IMG/VR virus record: IMGVR_UViG_3300027969_000080
Coordinates: 1 to 64,000 of that record
DNA: 64,000 nt
Source: an uncultured virus (IMG/VR IMGVR_UViG_3300027969_000080)
Taxonomy: Duplodnaviria > Heunggongvirae > Uroviricota > Caudoviricetes
Direction: 5' to 3' (one strand)
Below are positions 41,301 to 52,759 of this stretch, in pieces. A program made the position numbers and the translations under genes. The stretch's first letter is position 1. Every line of letters starts with the position of its first letter. The notes under the pieces are model-generated. The model searched no databases. It had not been told where the DNA came from and saw only the letters and a list, made by a program, of their open reading frames with translations.

Positions 41301-42581
41301 TTACCAAGGTGTCAATGCAATTCTCTGCCATATATCACTACCTACATAATATGTTGCGGTAGTAGCAGTTGAATTTGAACTGACTGCAACAGTTGTTCCG
41401 GCTACACCGTTTGTTCTTGATTGGCTAACTGTAATGTTTGGGCTAGATACTGTCTTAATATAATAAACTGTATTTGATATTAATCCACCTATATTGCCGT
41501 TAAATATTATAGGTTCATTTACTGCACTTGTTATACTAGACAAATTACCTGATAATGTAATGACATTACCGCTGCTAGTTGTGCTAGTAACACTAGTAAC
41601 ACATGCGGTAGCATTATATGAATCAGTAGCTACATATACATATGATACTGGATTAGCATACATAGTTCCAGAACCACCTGCTAAGTTTACATTTGCACCA
41701 CCAATAGTTGTTGAAACAGTAAAATATGTATTAGCAGACACATTTCTAACATAGTATGTAGTGCCTGCTGTGATATTAGCTTCAATACTAGTGCCAGTAA
41801 ATATCACAGGCAAATCAGTATACAATTGAGTAGTATCACTAACACTAAAGTAATCTGCTGCGTTAGTAGTTGAAATTGTCAATTGATTAAATGATGGACC
41901 AACTGCCACATCGCCTGTTACATCACCTTGCAATCCAGTTGGTGGAACAATTCTTTGCTGTATTTGTGTGGCTGCTCTTGGTCTATTGATTGGGCTAATA
42001 TATAATGTATTGCCACAATCAGTAGTAGTAATTAAGTAATTAAGTTGCGTTACCCCTGCAGGAGCAGTTACTGTAACTAATCCACCTATATTAGAGAAAT
42101 TCTCAAGTGTGCTAATACCGTTGTTGTTAGCATTTGCTACTACAATATTACCGGAGAAAGTAATTACTGCTAATGAATTAGATACTGATATGTTTAATTG
42201 TACATTAGCTTGTGTTCCGGCAGGTGCCCAACTACCAAAGTTAAACGTAGTGTTTGATGCTACTGCACCATATTGAACATCACCTAAACTAGTATCAACT
42301 AACACAGTACCGGCTAATGCATTGCCCAAATTGTATGTAGTTGATCTAAAACTTCTAACACTTGCATTGCTAATAAGAGTATTAGCCATATCATTGTTTA
42401 ATGTAGTTCCAGTTAACGCTTGTTTAACTACTACTTTGTTTTGTAAATCTGTGATTTCAGTTCCAGCTGTGTTTAAGTTGGTAACGATAGATGCAAAGTT
42501 ATCTCTGAACCCTTGACTGTTATTGTTAACACCAGGCACTGGATAGTTTACATTGATTGAATTTGTGTTTATGGTACTCAT
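41301..42581 (-). CDS. virion structural protein (baseplate/fibre attachment)
   Basis: YPVPG..N.SQGFRDNF N-terminus; two (GL/I)..(G/N)T.YY(V/I) repeats; WQRIAL end. Confidence 0.7.
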   Translation of the reverse strand: MSTINTNSINVNYPVPGVNNNSQGFRDNFASIVTNLNTAGTEITDLQNKVVVKQALTGTTLNNDMANTLISNASVRSFRSTTYNLGNALAGTVLVDTSLGDVQYGAVASNTTFNFGSWAPAGTQANVQLNISVSNSLAVITFSGNIVVANANNNGISTLENFSNIGGLVTVTAPAGVTQLNYLITTTDCGNTLYISPINRPRAATQIQQRIVPPTGLQGDVTGDVAVGPSFNQLTISTTNAADYFSVSDTTQLYTDLPVIFTGTSIEANITAGTTYYVRNVSANTYFTVSTTIGGANVNLAGGSGTMYANPVSYVYVATDSYNATACVTSVTSTTSSGNVITLSGNLSSITSAVNEPIIFNGNIGGLISNTVYYIKTVSSPNITVSQSRTNGVAGTTVAVSSNSTATTATYYVGSDIWQRIALTPW

Positions 42582-42605
42582 TGTTTTATTCCGTTATATA
42601 TATAT

Positions 42606-45164
42606 TTAGTATTGTGCATTATTCGGAAGAATAGTTTCTCTTGGGAATAACACATAAAAATCTTGACTGTTAAGAGGATTTGGTACAGGGTTAGCACTAG
42701 GTAAACCCGTCCAAGCAGGCGGATTTAAATTATTGTCCCAATCGTAGGTGATACTCTTATTAACTGAGAATCTATCAATATTAAAATTGATTTCATTTAA
42801 TGAATACTTAACAAATTGTGCTTGTCCAGTTGTATAACTAGTATAACCCCAATTTTCTTCTATGTTAGCTTTAACTATATCAGCAAAACCAGGCTTTGTA
42901 TAACAGATAACCCATGCTTGAGTATAACCTAATGTTCCACCTGCTATGCCTGCTGCACGATTAGTAGGAGTATCAGGCTGTTGGCTTGTCATCCATAATG
43001 GTAATAATGTACTATTGTAAACTTGCCCTAATACATTTGCTACACGATTACGCATGTTGTATAAACTATTTGGATACAATGTTCTAGCAAATCCAGGCGT
43101 TAAACTAGTATAAAATTCTAAATTGCCAGTTAAATCGTCAGCGAAACTTGTAAAAATATCTGTTACACTAGTATACCATGGGCCTAAATTTAAGTTTATT
43201 GGTCTTGGCCAATATATACTGCTCTCAATACTAACACCCTGTGGATTGACTAAATTATCTATTACACTACTATATACTACTTCATAAATTACATCGCCGT
43301 TTTCATCTTTTGCTACAGCAGTTTTTAATTCACCTAATATTATATTTCTCCAATAGTGATTTCTTGTTACAGCAGCAATATATTGTTGTATGTCACTAGC
43401 ATAAATCCCGTACGCATGTTCATATATAATACTAGTTGCTTTACCAAAATAAACATCATTTGGTCTATATATTACAGCAGGTGGAATTAGTTCGTCATTA
43501 TCTAATAAAGTAGCTAACAATTGTCTATCTTGTATACTTGGTGCTGCTTCAATATAAAGTATATCAGTTGGTTGACTATATTCTTGATAAACAGTAACAG
43601 TGAACGTTTTAGTTGATTGTATTATTGAATAAATAGGAGAATATGCTTGTATAGTGAATGTAAAATCAGTACTCATTCCACCTTCTAAGAATACATCTGT
43701 TGGTTGATTAGCTACGATTCCCGTTATTTCCCCGTTATCTAACAATATTAAGTTAGGAGGTAATGTTCCAGAGTCTACTCTATACTGTAAACTTACATCA
43801 GATTCTGCTAATACTTTTAATATACTGGGTGTACCATTGAATACAGTTCCTAAATTAGAACTAGTTACCCATGTTATATCACCTACTATATCTAATGCAA
43901 GATTAAATCCAAAGTTAAAGACGGGAGATCCTATATTTTCTCTACCTTTTTTAACTGCTTGTGCGGTGAATCTATAAGTATTGATTCCCGGTAATGATAA
44001 TATGGGTGTACCTGTTATCCAACCAGTAGTACTACTATATGTTATTCCTGGCGGCAAACCAGTGCAAATATATGAAAGGTCGTTGCTGTCAAAATCATAC
44101 CCAATCAATTTAAATGCAAAATAGTTGTCACTTTGTGCAGTACCTATTTCTGCATTTTGACTAGGTGGTATAGGTGGTAACAGATAATAACCATAATATA
44201 TATCAGTATCTGGAGGATTGATAACCAATGGTCGTGTGTTCAATATAGTAGGTGGTCTAGTATTTGGTGGGTTACCTGGACCACCTTGACTTACTGATAA
44301 GTTTTGATTTATAACTGTTATTGAATATGATTGTGTAGTATTGCCTAATCTACTAACTAATCTTAACACAAAATTGTATGACCTAATTGTAGGTGAACCA
44401 GTTGATGTTTGTGGTAATGTTACCGACATTGCTCCAACGTCATCTGATAATGAAAATGTACTACCATTCTGAGATACTGATATTGAAAATGCATTCAATG
44501 TAGTATCAACTTCTTTAACATAATATACTTGACCGGGTGAAATAGTACTGATAGTATCACCAGTAAAATAAACAGGTCTTCCGGGCGTCACTCCGGATAC
44601 AGTTAAACAATACACATAATCATTTGCAGCTAAGGTCGATGTTGCAAGTGTGGTAACAATTGGCAATGTTTCCTCACTCAATGGAGGATTAGGATAACCT
44701 TGAATTAATCCTTTATAATTAATTTCTAATCCAGGTGGTATTGTGCCTTCTTGCAATTCAACTACAGCAGGATTTGATGTATCTGGATCAGTGTATTCTA
44801 TTTGTAATTGAGTCCAAACACTATCTATTGTAGATAATAATATACCACTTGGAGTAGTAAACTGAGGCAATGCTGAACCTGAAATCAATATAGAAAAAGT
44901 TCTATCTCTTATGTTACCTAAATTATCAGTTGCTCTTATTGTAAATACAGTGGTAGTATCTTGTAAAACAAGTACAGGGATACCAGTTATATAACCGGTT
45001 ACTGAGTTTAATGATAGATTGTCAGGTAATGTGCCTGCTAATAATATATATCCTACCGTAACAGCCGGGCTTACTGGCTCTGCTAATATTGAAAATGATA
45101 TTGAATATCCGTAAGGATATGATCCTAAAGAGCCTGCTGGTGTAATCCAAGTTGGTTGTGCCAT
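42606..45164 (-). CDS. Ig-like repeat virion protein (putative baseplate wedge)
   Basis: PTWITPAGSLG, repeated GTLPxGL...G.ITG.P Ig-like motifs. Confidence 0.7.
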   Translation of the reverse strand: MAQPTWITPAGSLGSYPYGYSISFSILAEPVSPAVTVGYILLAGTLPDNLSLNSVTGYITGIPVLVLQDTTTVFTIRATDNLGNIRDRTFSILISGSALPQFTTPSGILLSTIDSVWTQLQIEYTDPDTSNPAVVELQEGTIPPGLEINYKGLIQGYPNPPLSEETLPIVTTLATSTLAANDYVYCLTVSGVTPGRPVYFTGDTISTISPGQVYYVKEVDTTLNAFSISVSQNGSTFSLSDDVGAMSVTLPQTSTGSPTIRSYNFVLRLVSRLGNTTQSYSITVINQNLSVSQGGPGNPPNTRPPTILNTRPLVINPPDTDIYYGYYLLPPIPPSQNAEIGTAQSDNYFAFKLIGYDFDSNDLSYICTGLPPGITYSSTTGWITGTPILSLPGINTYRFTAQAVKKGRENIGSPVFNFGFNLALDIVGDITWVTSSNLGTVFNGTPSILKVLAESDVSLQYRVDSGTLPPNLILLDNGEITGIVANQPTDVFLEGGMSTDFTFTIQAYSPIYSIIQSTKTFTVTVYQEYSQPTDILYIEAAPSIQDRQLLATLLDNDELIPPAVIYRPNDVYFGKATSIIYEHAYGIYASDIQQYIAAVTRNHYWRNIILGELKTAVAKDENGDVIYEVVYSSVIDNLVNPQGVSIESSIYWPRPINLNLGPWYTSVTDIFTSFADDLTGNLEFYTSLTPGFARTLYPNSLYNMRNRVANVLGQVYNSTLLPLWMTSQQPDTPTNRAAGIAGGTLGYTQAWVICYTKPGFADIVKANIEENWGYTSYTTGQAQFVKYSLNEINFNIDRFSVNKSITYDWDNNLNPPAWTGLPSANPVPNPLNSQDFYVLFPRETILPNNAQY

Positions 45165-45165
45165 G

Positions 45166-45786
45166 TTATGTTGTTAAGTAATGCATCGCTATGTCATAGT
45201 GATGCTTCCTATCTTCTAACCCAATAGTACCACCATTGATACGTTTGGTTAGTGTCACGAAATCACCACTATCACAATATTGATTTAGTTTATTGTTATC
45301 CCAAAACCATCCTGCACTTGATACAGCACCGTTTGGTGTTTCTAGGTAAGCTACTGTATCTTCTAAACTCATTCCTAAATCATTTGCAAATTTTGTATAG
45401 TTATCACGCCCGGTCAATTGAATCAATCCACGGCCACAAAAACGATATCCATCACCACTTGACTCGTCACCATTCTTCATGCGATTAGCATAAACACGGT
45501 TAGCAATCTTCTCTGGTTTTTTAGCATATTGATTTGCTATTTCATCATTGTGGAAATATTTACCAAATGTACCACGTAAACCCTTAGAACTATAGTTTAG
45601 ATTTTCTTTGATAGCAGTATAACCACCACTCTCGTGTGCTGTCTGTGCTAAGAAGCCTGCTAGTCGTGCAGGATTATCGTTCATCTCATAATACTCTGCC
45701 ACTGTGTTTAGTGGTTCTAAGTATCCCTCAAGTATACTTACTTTTGTCTTTGGACACATATGTGTTAATAAATCTAATGTTACCAT
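45166..45786 (-). CDS. GH19 chitinase-like endolysin
   Basis: FLAQTAHESGG, ENLNYS, GRGLIQLTGRDNY, TKRINGG..GLEDR. Confidence 0.93.
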   Translation of the reverse strand: MVTLDLLTHMCPKTKVSILEGYLEPLNTVAEYYEMNDNPARLAGFLAQTAHESGGYTAIKENLNYSSKGLRGTFGKYFHNDEIANQYAKKPEKIANRVYANRMKNGDESSGDGYRFCGRGLIQLTGRDNYTKFANDLGMSLEDTVAYLETPNGAVSSAGWFWDNNKLNQYCDSGDFVTLTKRINGGTIGLEDRKHHYDIAMHYLTT

Positions 45787-45797
45787 ATTATTTCCTA

Positions 45798-48700
45798 TTA
45801 TGCGTATGTTGCACCTATTGTATACCATTGCGTAGTAGTAGGAGCCATGTATTGTAATGTAGCATTAGCCCCTTGCGTAAATGCTGCGTTAGCTGCTTGA
45901 CTATTAATTATACCATTGGTTTGTGGATATACTAACAAACTATTTGCACTATTATTAGTAATGTAAACTACTGTTCCTGCTACTGCTGCTGGTAATCTAA
46001 CACCTGTACCAGAATTCACTGTACTTACTATATTAATTTCTGTAGTTAATCCTGTTGCTTGTGCTTGTGTTGTTCCATTAGCAGATATACCAGTAGTAAC
46101 AGCGCGTGTTATGTAAGCAGTAGCTGTTATGTTTGCTGCCTGAACAGTTCCACTCGCAGTTACATTACCTGAGAATGTGGTGGCAGATATTGTGTTGGTT
46201 GCCAAATTAAATGATATACCAGTTGGACCAACCGCATGTGCATAATTTCCACTAGTACTACCACTGATAACTACTGGATAATATGTACCGGTTGTTTGTG
46301 CTGTAATTGCACCAAAATCACTTACATTAGCATATGCAACATTTAAGTTTGCTACACGGGTAGTGCTTTGTACACTTAGTGGTGCAGTACTTGTTGCTAC
46401 ATTACTAGTGAATGTTGTGGCCGTAACTGTTGCATTTACATTTAATCCTGTTAATGTACCAAGTGATGTAACATTAGGTTGACCATTACTTGCAGTATTG
46501 AATGTGGCTTGAACGTAATTGGCTTGTAATAAATTAGCACCTGCTAGTTGTGATGAACCACCGCTCATTGTGATATTACCATTGGCAGCAAATGTAAGAC
46601 TTGTGAATGAAGTACTGACACTTGTAATATTTGGTTGAGCGGCAGTTGTTACTGTACCGGCTGTAGTAGCACTACCTGCACTTACAGCGTATGTTGCATT
46701 GGCTACGGTTCCAGTAACATTAGCACCTACTAATGAACTTAATCCATTGCCGTTGCCAGTAAATACACCTGTGTTTGCTGTAAATGCAACCGCAGTGACT
46801 GTACCATTAACTCCCAATGATGTTAATGTACCAACACTAGTAATATTACCCTGTGCTGCTGTTGTCACGGTACCAGCAGTAGTTGCTGCACCTGACAATG
46901 CACCAACAAATGTAGTAGCAGTAATAGAAGCATTACCTAAATTAGCACTGATACTTGTATTGATTACCGCAGATGAATTACCATTTGCTGATGAAGTAGA
47001 AAATGTTGGGTATACTGTCGTAGAAGTAGATGTATTCTGTAATAGTGCAGCAGCGTTAGTTGCGCTACCTACGGTACCAGTAACATTAGCACCGACCAAC
47101 GAACTTAATCCATTGCCATTACCAGTAAATACACCTGTATTTGCAGTAAATGCTACCGCAGTTACTGTGCCGTTAACGCCAAGTGATGTTAATGTACCAA
47201 CACTTGTAATATTTGGTTGAGCCGCAGTTGTTACAGTGCCTGCTGTAGTAGCACTGCCTGCTGTTGCTACACTTAGATTAGCTACTTGTGTCGTACTTGT
47301 TACAACAAATGGTGCAGTACCGCCGGCGACATTAGATATAAATTGTGGACTAGTTACATTAGCACTTGCTAATACTTGCGCCGTGCCTAAGTTACCTACA
47401 TTAGCATTACCATTTGCATTTAATGTACCAGTAATATTAGCACCAGTGCCAGTTGCTATAATTGTAGTAACCCCTGCTGCCGTAATGTTTACATTGCCAT
47501 TTGATGATGGGATGCTTATATTACTGTTACCATTTGCTAGTATACCGCCTATGTTACCTGTAATATTACCAACGAATGTAGTAGCAATCAATGCCCCATT
47601 CGCTAAGTTAGCACTAATTAGTGTATTACTTCCAAGAGCATAATTACCACTAGCACTTGCACTTACAAATACTGGATTCCATGTACCAGTAGTTTGTGTT
47701 GTTACCACGCTAAAGTCACTTACATTAGCATATGAAACATTTAAGTTTGCTACACGATTGGTACTTTGTACACTAAATGGTGCACCAGTCGCAGTTGCTA
47801 TATTAGATATAAATTGAGGACTTGTTACATTAGCACTTGCTAATACTTGTGCTGTGCCTAAATTAAGTACATTAGCATTACCGGATACATTTGCTGTACC
47901 AGTAATATTAGCACCAGTTGATGTAACAACTAATCTGTTTGCACCTGTAACTGCAATAGCAATATTAGCATTGGCAGTTATTGATACATTGCTATTTCCG
48001 TTTTGTAGTAAACTACTGTTGATAGTAGTAATGTTACCAGTAGTAATGATAGCAGTAGCTGTACCTAAATTACCAACATTAGCATTTCCTGTCCCGGTGT
48101 TTAATGTACCGGTAATGTTGGCACCAGTGCCAGTTACTGTTACTATGCTTGCATTACCCGCTACCCCAATTGTAATATTTCCATTGATTGTACTAATATC
48201 GACATTGCTGGTTCCGTTTGCAATTGAGTTAGCTGCACCATGTAATCTACCTACAAAGTAATTGGCAATTGCACTATTACCTAAGTTAGCATTGGCAGAA
48301 GTTAAATCGCCACTAAGGTTAGCATATGACCCGTCTACATTACCTAACCAACTTAAACCCCTAGCATTACCTAAATTATTATATGTTACTACATCACTAC
48401 TAATACTTACATTACTACCAAATGCAAATTCGCTATTGCTATTGTCCCATCCCATAAACGCAGTAACCGGAGTAGTAGTGTAATATTGTAATGCACTACC
48501 TCTATCTTTTCCGTCATTACTTGTTAATGGTGCACCATTAACGCCGCCGCCCAATGATATAATTGGATCTTCGACATTGAATGAATCAACATTATAATAT
48601 GTTGTATTACCTGCAACTATCAAATTACCTGCCATGTAGTTATTAGCGCCACCAAAGTAAGTACTACCATTTGCAATGTACAATGAATATGGATTAGTAA

Positions 48701-50093
48701 TTAATGTAGTTCCTGAATTTGCTGGACTGTTTGCTATATAAAAAGTTGCTGCATTTGTAAATGTCACTGTTGCGTTAGTTGCTGTTAGTGTTGGCTGAGC
48801 AATTGCATGTATTGCACCATTTGTTATGGTTGCACTTGCCAATGCTACATTATCTGTATATGTACTGGATAACGCACGAATACCTAAATTACCAGTTATA
48901 GTTGATACATTAGCATTACCTGTGGCTGCCCCTGTAATATTAAAATTATTTGCTTGTACTCTTCCATTGCCACCTGTAGTAGATATATTACCTGCTGTAA
49001 CTATATCACCAGTAATATTTGCTATACCTGAAATGTTTGCACCAGTTGAAGTAGCTGATATTGTAGCAGTTGTGTTGCCTGCAACAAAGATAGAAACTGT
49101 TGTATTTGCACCTATAGTAACATTACTATTACCATTTTGTATTAATGGAATATTAGCACTAGTAGTAAATATACCTTGTTCAGCACCTATGTTACCGACA
49201 TTAGCATTACCTGATATATTAGCAGTACCTGTAATATTAGCACCAGTGTCACTAACTACCATTGTGCTATTGCTAATGGCAGTAAATGTAATATTTGAAT
49301 TATTTGTAATAGAAATATTACTATTACCATTTGCTAATGTGCCTATAAAATTAGCACTGATTGTATTACCCGCTACTGTTAACAATGGAGTTTGTAATAA
49401 ACCGTTTGCGGTAGTAAAAGTAAATCCTGAGTTACCAGAGAATTTACCTAAATTACTTCCACTACCTTGAAATTGAACTTCGGCAGCATTACCACCGGCA
49501 ACACCATTACCTGCTGTAACCGCTGACCAAGATAAATTACCTGCACCGTCAGTAACGATAGTATATCCAGCGCCGCCGCCCGGGATATGTAAATTACTTA
49601 CGCTAGATATGTATGTATTTGAACCAGTAAAATTTGCACGACCTGCAACATTCAAACTAGTTAAATTTCCAAAACTTGTTAAGTTAGCTTGATAATTTGA
49701 ATTGCTTGATAAGTTACCATTAAAAATTGATAATCCATTATTAACATCGGCAAAATAGTTAGAGTATACTTGGTCAGGATTAATATCAATTACTAATGTC
49801 TGACTAGACTGTGTAATTAATGCATTGCTTCCAGTATTACCGCCCCTACCCATTTTTAATGTGCTAGTAGAAACTTGTAAACATGCAAGATTGGCAGAAA
49901 CTACAACATTGCCAGTTGGGAAATTAACTGTAATACCTGCACCTGGTGTCCTGTTAATAGAAGTTACAGTAGTATTTGCGTTCGCACCAAAAAGTTGGTC
50001 AAAGTTGTTCTGTACTTTATTGAAGGCTGTGCGTATTGCATCTGCTGAAGGATCATCTGGAAACGTTCCAAAGTCTATGTTTTGTTGGCTCAT
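45798..50093 (-). CDS. long beta-repeat tail fibre protein
   Basis: D.G..PDD.SAD.IR.AF.KV..NF N-terminus; [12 protein letters not shown] and NGNSNI repeats. Confidence 0.8.
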   Translation of the reverse strand: MSQQNIDFGTFPDDPSADAIRTAFNKVQNNFDQLFGANANTTVTSINRTPGAGITVNFPTGNVVVSANLACLQVSTSTLKMGRGGNTGSNALITQSSQTLVIDINPDQVYSNYFADVNNGLSIFNGNLSSNSNYQANLTSFGNLTSLNVAGRANFTGSNTYISSVSNLHIPGGGAGYTIVTDGAGNLSWSAVTAGNGVAGGNAAEVQFQGSGSNLGKFSGNSGFTFTTANGLLQTPLLTVAGNTISANFIGTLANGNSNISITNNSNITFTAISNSTMVVSDTGANITGTANISGNANVGNIGAEQGIFTTSANIPLIQNGNSNVTIGANTTVSIFVAGNTTATISATSTGANISGIANITGDIVTAGNISTTGGNGRVQANNFNITGAATGNANVSTITGNLGIRALSSTYTDNVALASATITNGAIHAIAQPTLTATNATVTFTNAATFYIANSPANSGTTLITNPYSLYIANGSTYFGGANNYMAGNLIVAGNTTYYNVDSFNVEDPIISLGGGVNGAPLTSNDGKDRGSALQYYTTTPVTAFMGWDNSNSEFAFGSNVSISSDVVTYNNLGNARGLSWLGNVDGSYANLSGDLTSANANLGNSAIANYFVGRLHGAANSIANGTSNVDISTINGNITIGVAGNASIVTVTGTGANITGTLNTGTGNANVGNLGTATAIITTGNITTINSSLLQNGNSNVSITANANIAIAVTGANRLVVTSTGANITGTANVSGNANVLNLGTAQVLASANVTSPQFISNIATATGAPFSVQSTNRVANLNVSYANVSDFSVVTTQTTGTWNPVFVSASASGNYALGSNTLISANLANGALIATTFVGNITGNIGGILANGNSNISIPSSNGNVNITAAGVTTIIATGTGANITGTLNANGNANVGNLGTAQVLASANVTSPQFISNVAGGTAPFVVTSTTQVANLSVATAGSATTAGTVTTAAQPNITSVGTLTSLGVNGTVTAVAFTANTGVFTGNGNGLSSLVGANVTGTVGSATNAAALLQNTSTSTTVYPTFSTSSANGNSSAVINTSISANLGNASITATTFVGALSGAATTAGTVTTAAQGNITSVGTLTSLGVNGTVTAVAFTANTGVFTGNGNGLSSLVGANVTGTVANATYAVSAGSATTAGTVTTAAQPNITSVSTSFTSLTFAANGNITMSGGSSQLAGANLLQANYVQATFNTASNGQPNVTSLGTLTGLNVNATVTATTFTSNVATSTAPLSVQSTTRVANLNVAYANVSDFGAITAQTTGTYYPVVISGSTSGNYAHAVGPTGISFNLATNTISATTFSGNVTASGTVQAANITATAYITRAVTTGISANGTTQAQATGLTTEINIVSTVNSGTGVRLPAAVAGTVVYITNNSANSLLVYPQTNGIINSQAANAAFTQGANATLQYMAPTTTQWYTIGATYA

Positions 50094-50146
50094 GTTTGTG
50101 TTACCTATTTATAATGTATTTATCGTTTTTTAAGAAACGGTGAACC

Positions 50147-50178
50147 AAAAAAATACCCGACTATCGCCGGGCATTTTA
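50147..50178 (-). terminator. intrinsic terminator
   Basis: imperfect TACCCG/CGGGCA hairpin next to an A-run (T-run on the - strand). Confidence 0.55.
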
Positions 50179-50190
50179 AGTACGGTTTTG

Positions 50191-52749
50191 TTATAGACCG
50201 CTTAACTTTAAATAGTCTTTTAACAAATCAGTAGACTCTTTCATTGGGCTACCTAATCCATCAACTCCCATGCGAGATGATTGACCAGACACAACTGGAA
50301 TAGTTGTTTGACCAGTAGATTTTTGTTTATTCAATCCACCACTGATAACTTTAGTCATAAAGTCAATGTCAGCTTCAAATGCTGCATCTGTGCCGTTTTT
50401 ACCGGCTTCATTAGCCCATTCGTCTAGCTTCTTTTCTTTTTTGTCTTTCTTGTCATCATACTCAATGTCTTTTTTTACTTTCTTACCAGCTTCTTCTGCC
50501 TTGTCATCATCTTTACCTTTATGACCTTCGTCATATTCGATATCTTTAGCGACTTTTTTAGCGGCTCTTTCTGCTTTGTCATCTTTCTCACTAGTAGATT
50601 CTTCTGATAAGAATGCTAATTTCTTGTAAAGATTAGCAAAAGATTCTGCTACTGTTTCACATTTACAAGGACTGCAATCACATTTTTTGCAAGTGTCATT
50701 TGCATTACCTTCTGCTACGTTTTCAGTATCATCTGCATCAGTCTCTGCTTCAGCTTCGTCATCGCCATCTTCAGATACTGGTTTTGAATATATTTGACCT
50801 TCTTCTTCATCTTCTCCTGCATCTGCGGTTGCTAATGCACTGTTAGCTGCTGCATTACCGGCAACATCAGCATTAGTATTATCAGCACCAGAATCCGGGG
50901 CATTTTCAGCAACTTCAAATTCCATTTGATCTTCTGATTCTTGTTCACCCATAACTGATTGTTGACCAGAACCACATTGATGATTCTCTTCCATCATACC
51001 GCCACATTCATTGCAAGTTTCTTCTTCACCGTGCATGTGACCTTCTTCAGACCCTTCTTCATCTGCGTAGTCGCCACCACTTTGCATCTCACCGCCAGAT
51101 AACTTCTTCATCAATGCCATCATGCCGTCATGGTCATCAACTACTTCAATTCCACCTGGTGCTTGTGTTGAGCCTTGTGGTGCGCCGTACCCATTTTGTT
51201 CATCACCACCAAATAAACCCATGCCTGCTGATTTGATGATAGATAATAATTGGTCTGCTTCACCGTCTTGCGCTGATACACTTACTGAATCAGGAGATCC
51301 TTGTTGACCTTTGCTGATTGAAACAGTCATGCCTTCTGAAACTTTTTCTTCGCTTTCAAGTAGTGCATTCAATTGCTTGTCCAATGATTCAAATGCAAAT
51401 TCTTCTAAATTTGAATCATAGCGTGTTCTATCAGTAAATGTATTTCCACCTACTTTAAATTTACTACCGTGTGGTGTTTTAGCAAGACCGGCAGTGAAAG
51501 CATTGCCTTCGTCCATACCCATATCATCAGCACCATAGCTAGCCATTGTGCCTACTTCAGATGATACTTCATCAACTGCTGTACGACCTAAGATTGGCAT
51601 CTGACCATAGCACTCATCTAGTCCTTCTTTAAAGCCGTCGTGATAATGTCTTGCTTCTTCCATATCATCGTGTGTGCAATTGTATGGCATTTTTCTTAAA
51701 GCATGACTTTTGCCTTCAAGCCTTGCTGCTTGTAATCCGTGTTCCATACCTTCTTTCACTTTCTTTTTATCTTTTACGGCTTTTTTCATTGGCTCTTTTT
51801 TGTCACCGTCTTTATCCATATCTAAGAAGTCTGGTTTAGCAGCTTCTTTTACTTCTTTCTTAGCGAAAGGATTAACACCTTTCTTGCCTTCTAATACATC
51901 ACGACTAGGAGTGCTTAGTGGACTTGATTGAGCAAAGTGCTGTGGCGCATCAGCTTCATGCATCTTGCTTAATGTCTTAGCAAGTTGTGCTTGCTTTTCT
52001 GTCTTAGCCGAATAATCTTCTTTGTGTGCTAACACCTTTGCTCTAAACTGAGCAGGAGTCATATTATGTGATTTTGCTTTTGCAGTGAATGCACCTTTAT
52101 TTTTGGTAGCATCTTTGATCCAATTATCGCCTGTTTCTTTCATTGGTGCAACTTGTGAACCTGCACCTGCTGCAGGGGTAGCACCTGGAGTTTGTTGAGT
52201 AGGAGCTGCGCCCGGCTTTTGCATTGACATTGTACCATTCTTAGCAGCTTGAACTACGGCTGGGTCTTGTGTAGTGATAGCTGGCATATTAGGATTAGCA
52301 GGATCTTTAATCATAAATGCAGGTTTTGATGCCATTTGTTGTTGTTGCTTTTGTTGTGCTGTAGCAGGCATTGGTTGTACGGCTAACCCTGCTTCATTTA
52401 CTGCTTTGTCCATATTATCAAAGTATTCTTTGAGACTATGTTTAACACTAGGCTTGCCACTTGGCTTAGGTGCTTTACCCATACCCATTGCTTGGCTTAA
52501 TGCTGAACTATCATATTTTTTAACTTCACCTGATGAATCAGCGGCCTTTGGAGGACGACCTTTGCCACGCTTAACAGCAGGAGCATCACTCATCTTAGAT
52601 AGACTTGCACGACCAATTGGTTTACCGTATTGATCGGTAACATCTTCTGAACCGTGTCTATTTCCATAACCGCCAGGGCCTGCTTTGTGAATAGTTGATC
52701 CGCTTTCGCTTAATTGGTCAAATGATTTTAATATATCTCTAATATCCAT
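50191..52749 (-). CDS. acidic low-complexity protein, putative internal head protein
   Basis: AT-hook KRGKGRPPK, EF-hand-like DMDKDGD, many [L/V/M]xE sites. Confidence 0.6.
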   Translation of the reverse strand: MDIRDILKSFDQLSESGSTIHKAGPGGYGNRHGSEDVTDQYGKPIGRASLSKMSDAPAVKRGKGRPPKAADSSGEVKKYDSSALSQAMGMGKAPKPSGKPSVKHSLKEYFDNMDKAVNEAGLAVQPMPATAQQKQQQQMASKPAFMIKDPANPNMPAITTQDPAVVQAAKNGTMSMQKPGAAPTQQTPGATPAAGAGSQVAPMKETGDNWIKDATKNKGAFTAKAKSHNMTPAQFRAKVLAHKEDYSAKTEKQAQLAKTLSKMHEADAPQHFAQSSPLSTPSRDVLEGKKGVNPFAKKEVKEAAKPDFLDMDKDGDKKEPMKKAVKDKKKVKEGMEHGLQAARLEGKSHALRKMPYNCTHDDMEEARHYHDGFKEGLDECYGQMPILGRTAVDEVSSEVGTMASYGADDMGMDEGNAFTAGLAKTPHGSKFKVGGNTFTDRTRYDSNLEEFAFESLDKQLNALLESEEKVSEGMTVSISKGQQGSPDSVSVSAQDGEADQLLSIIKSAGMGLFGGDEQNGYGAPQGSTQAPGGIEVVDDHDGMMALMKKLSGGEMQSGGDYADEEGSEEGHMHGEEETCNECGGMMEENHQCGSGQQSVMGEQESEDQMEFEVAENAPDSGADNTNADVAGNAAANSALATADAGEDEEEGQIYSKPVSEDGDDEAEAETDADDTENVAEGNANDTCKKCDCSPCKCETVAESFANLYKKLAFLSEESTSEKDDKAERAAKKVAKDIEYDEGHKGKDDDKAEEAGKKVKKDIEYDDKKDKKEKKLDEWANEAGKNGTDAAFEADIDFMTKVISGGLNKQKSTGQTTIPVVSGQSSRMGVDGLGSPMKESTDLLKDYLKLSGL

Positions 52750-52759
52750 TTTCTTTTCC

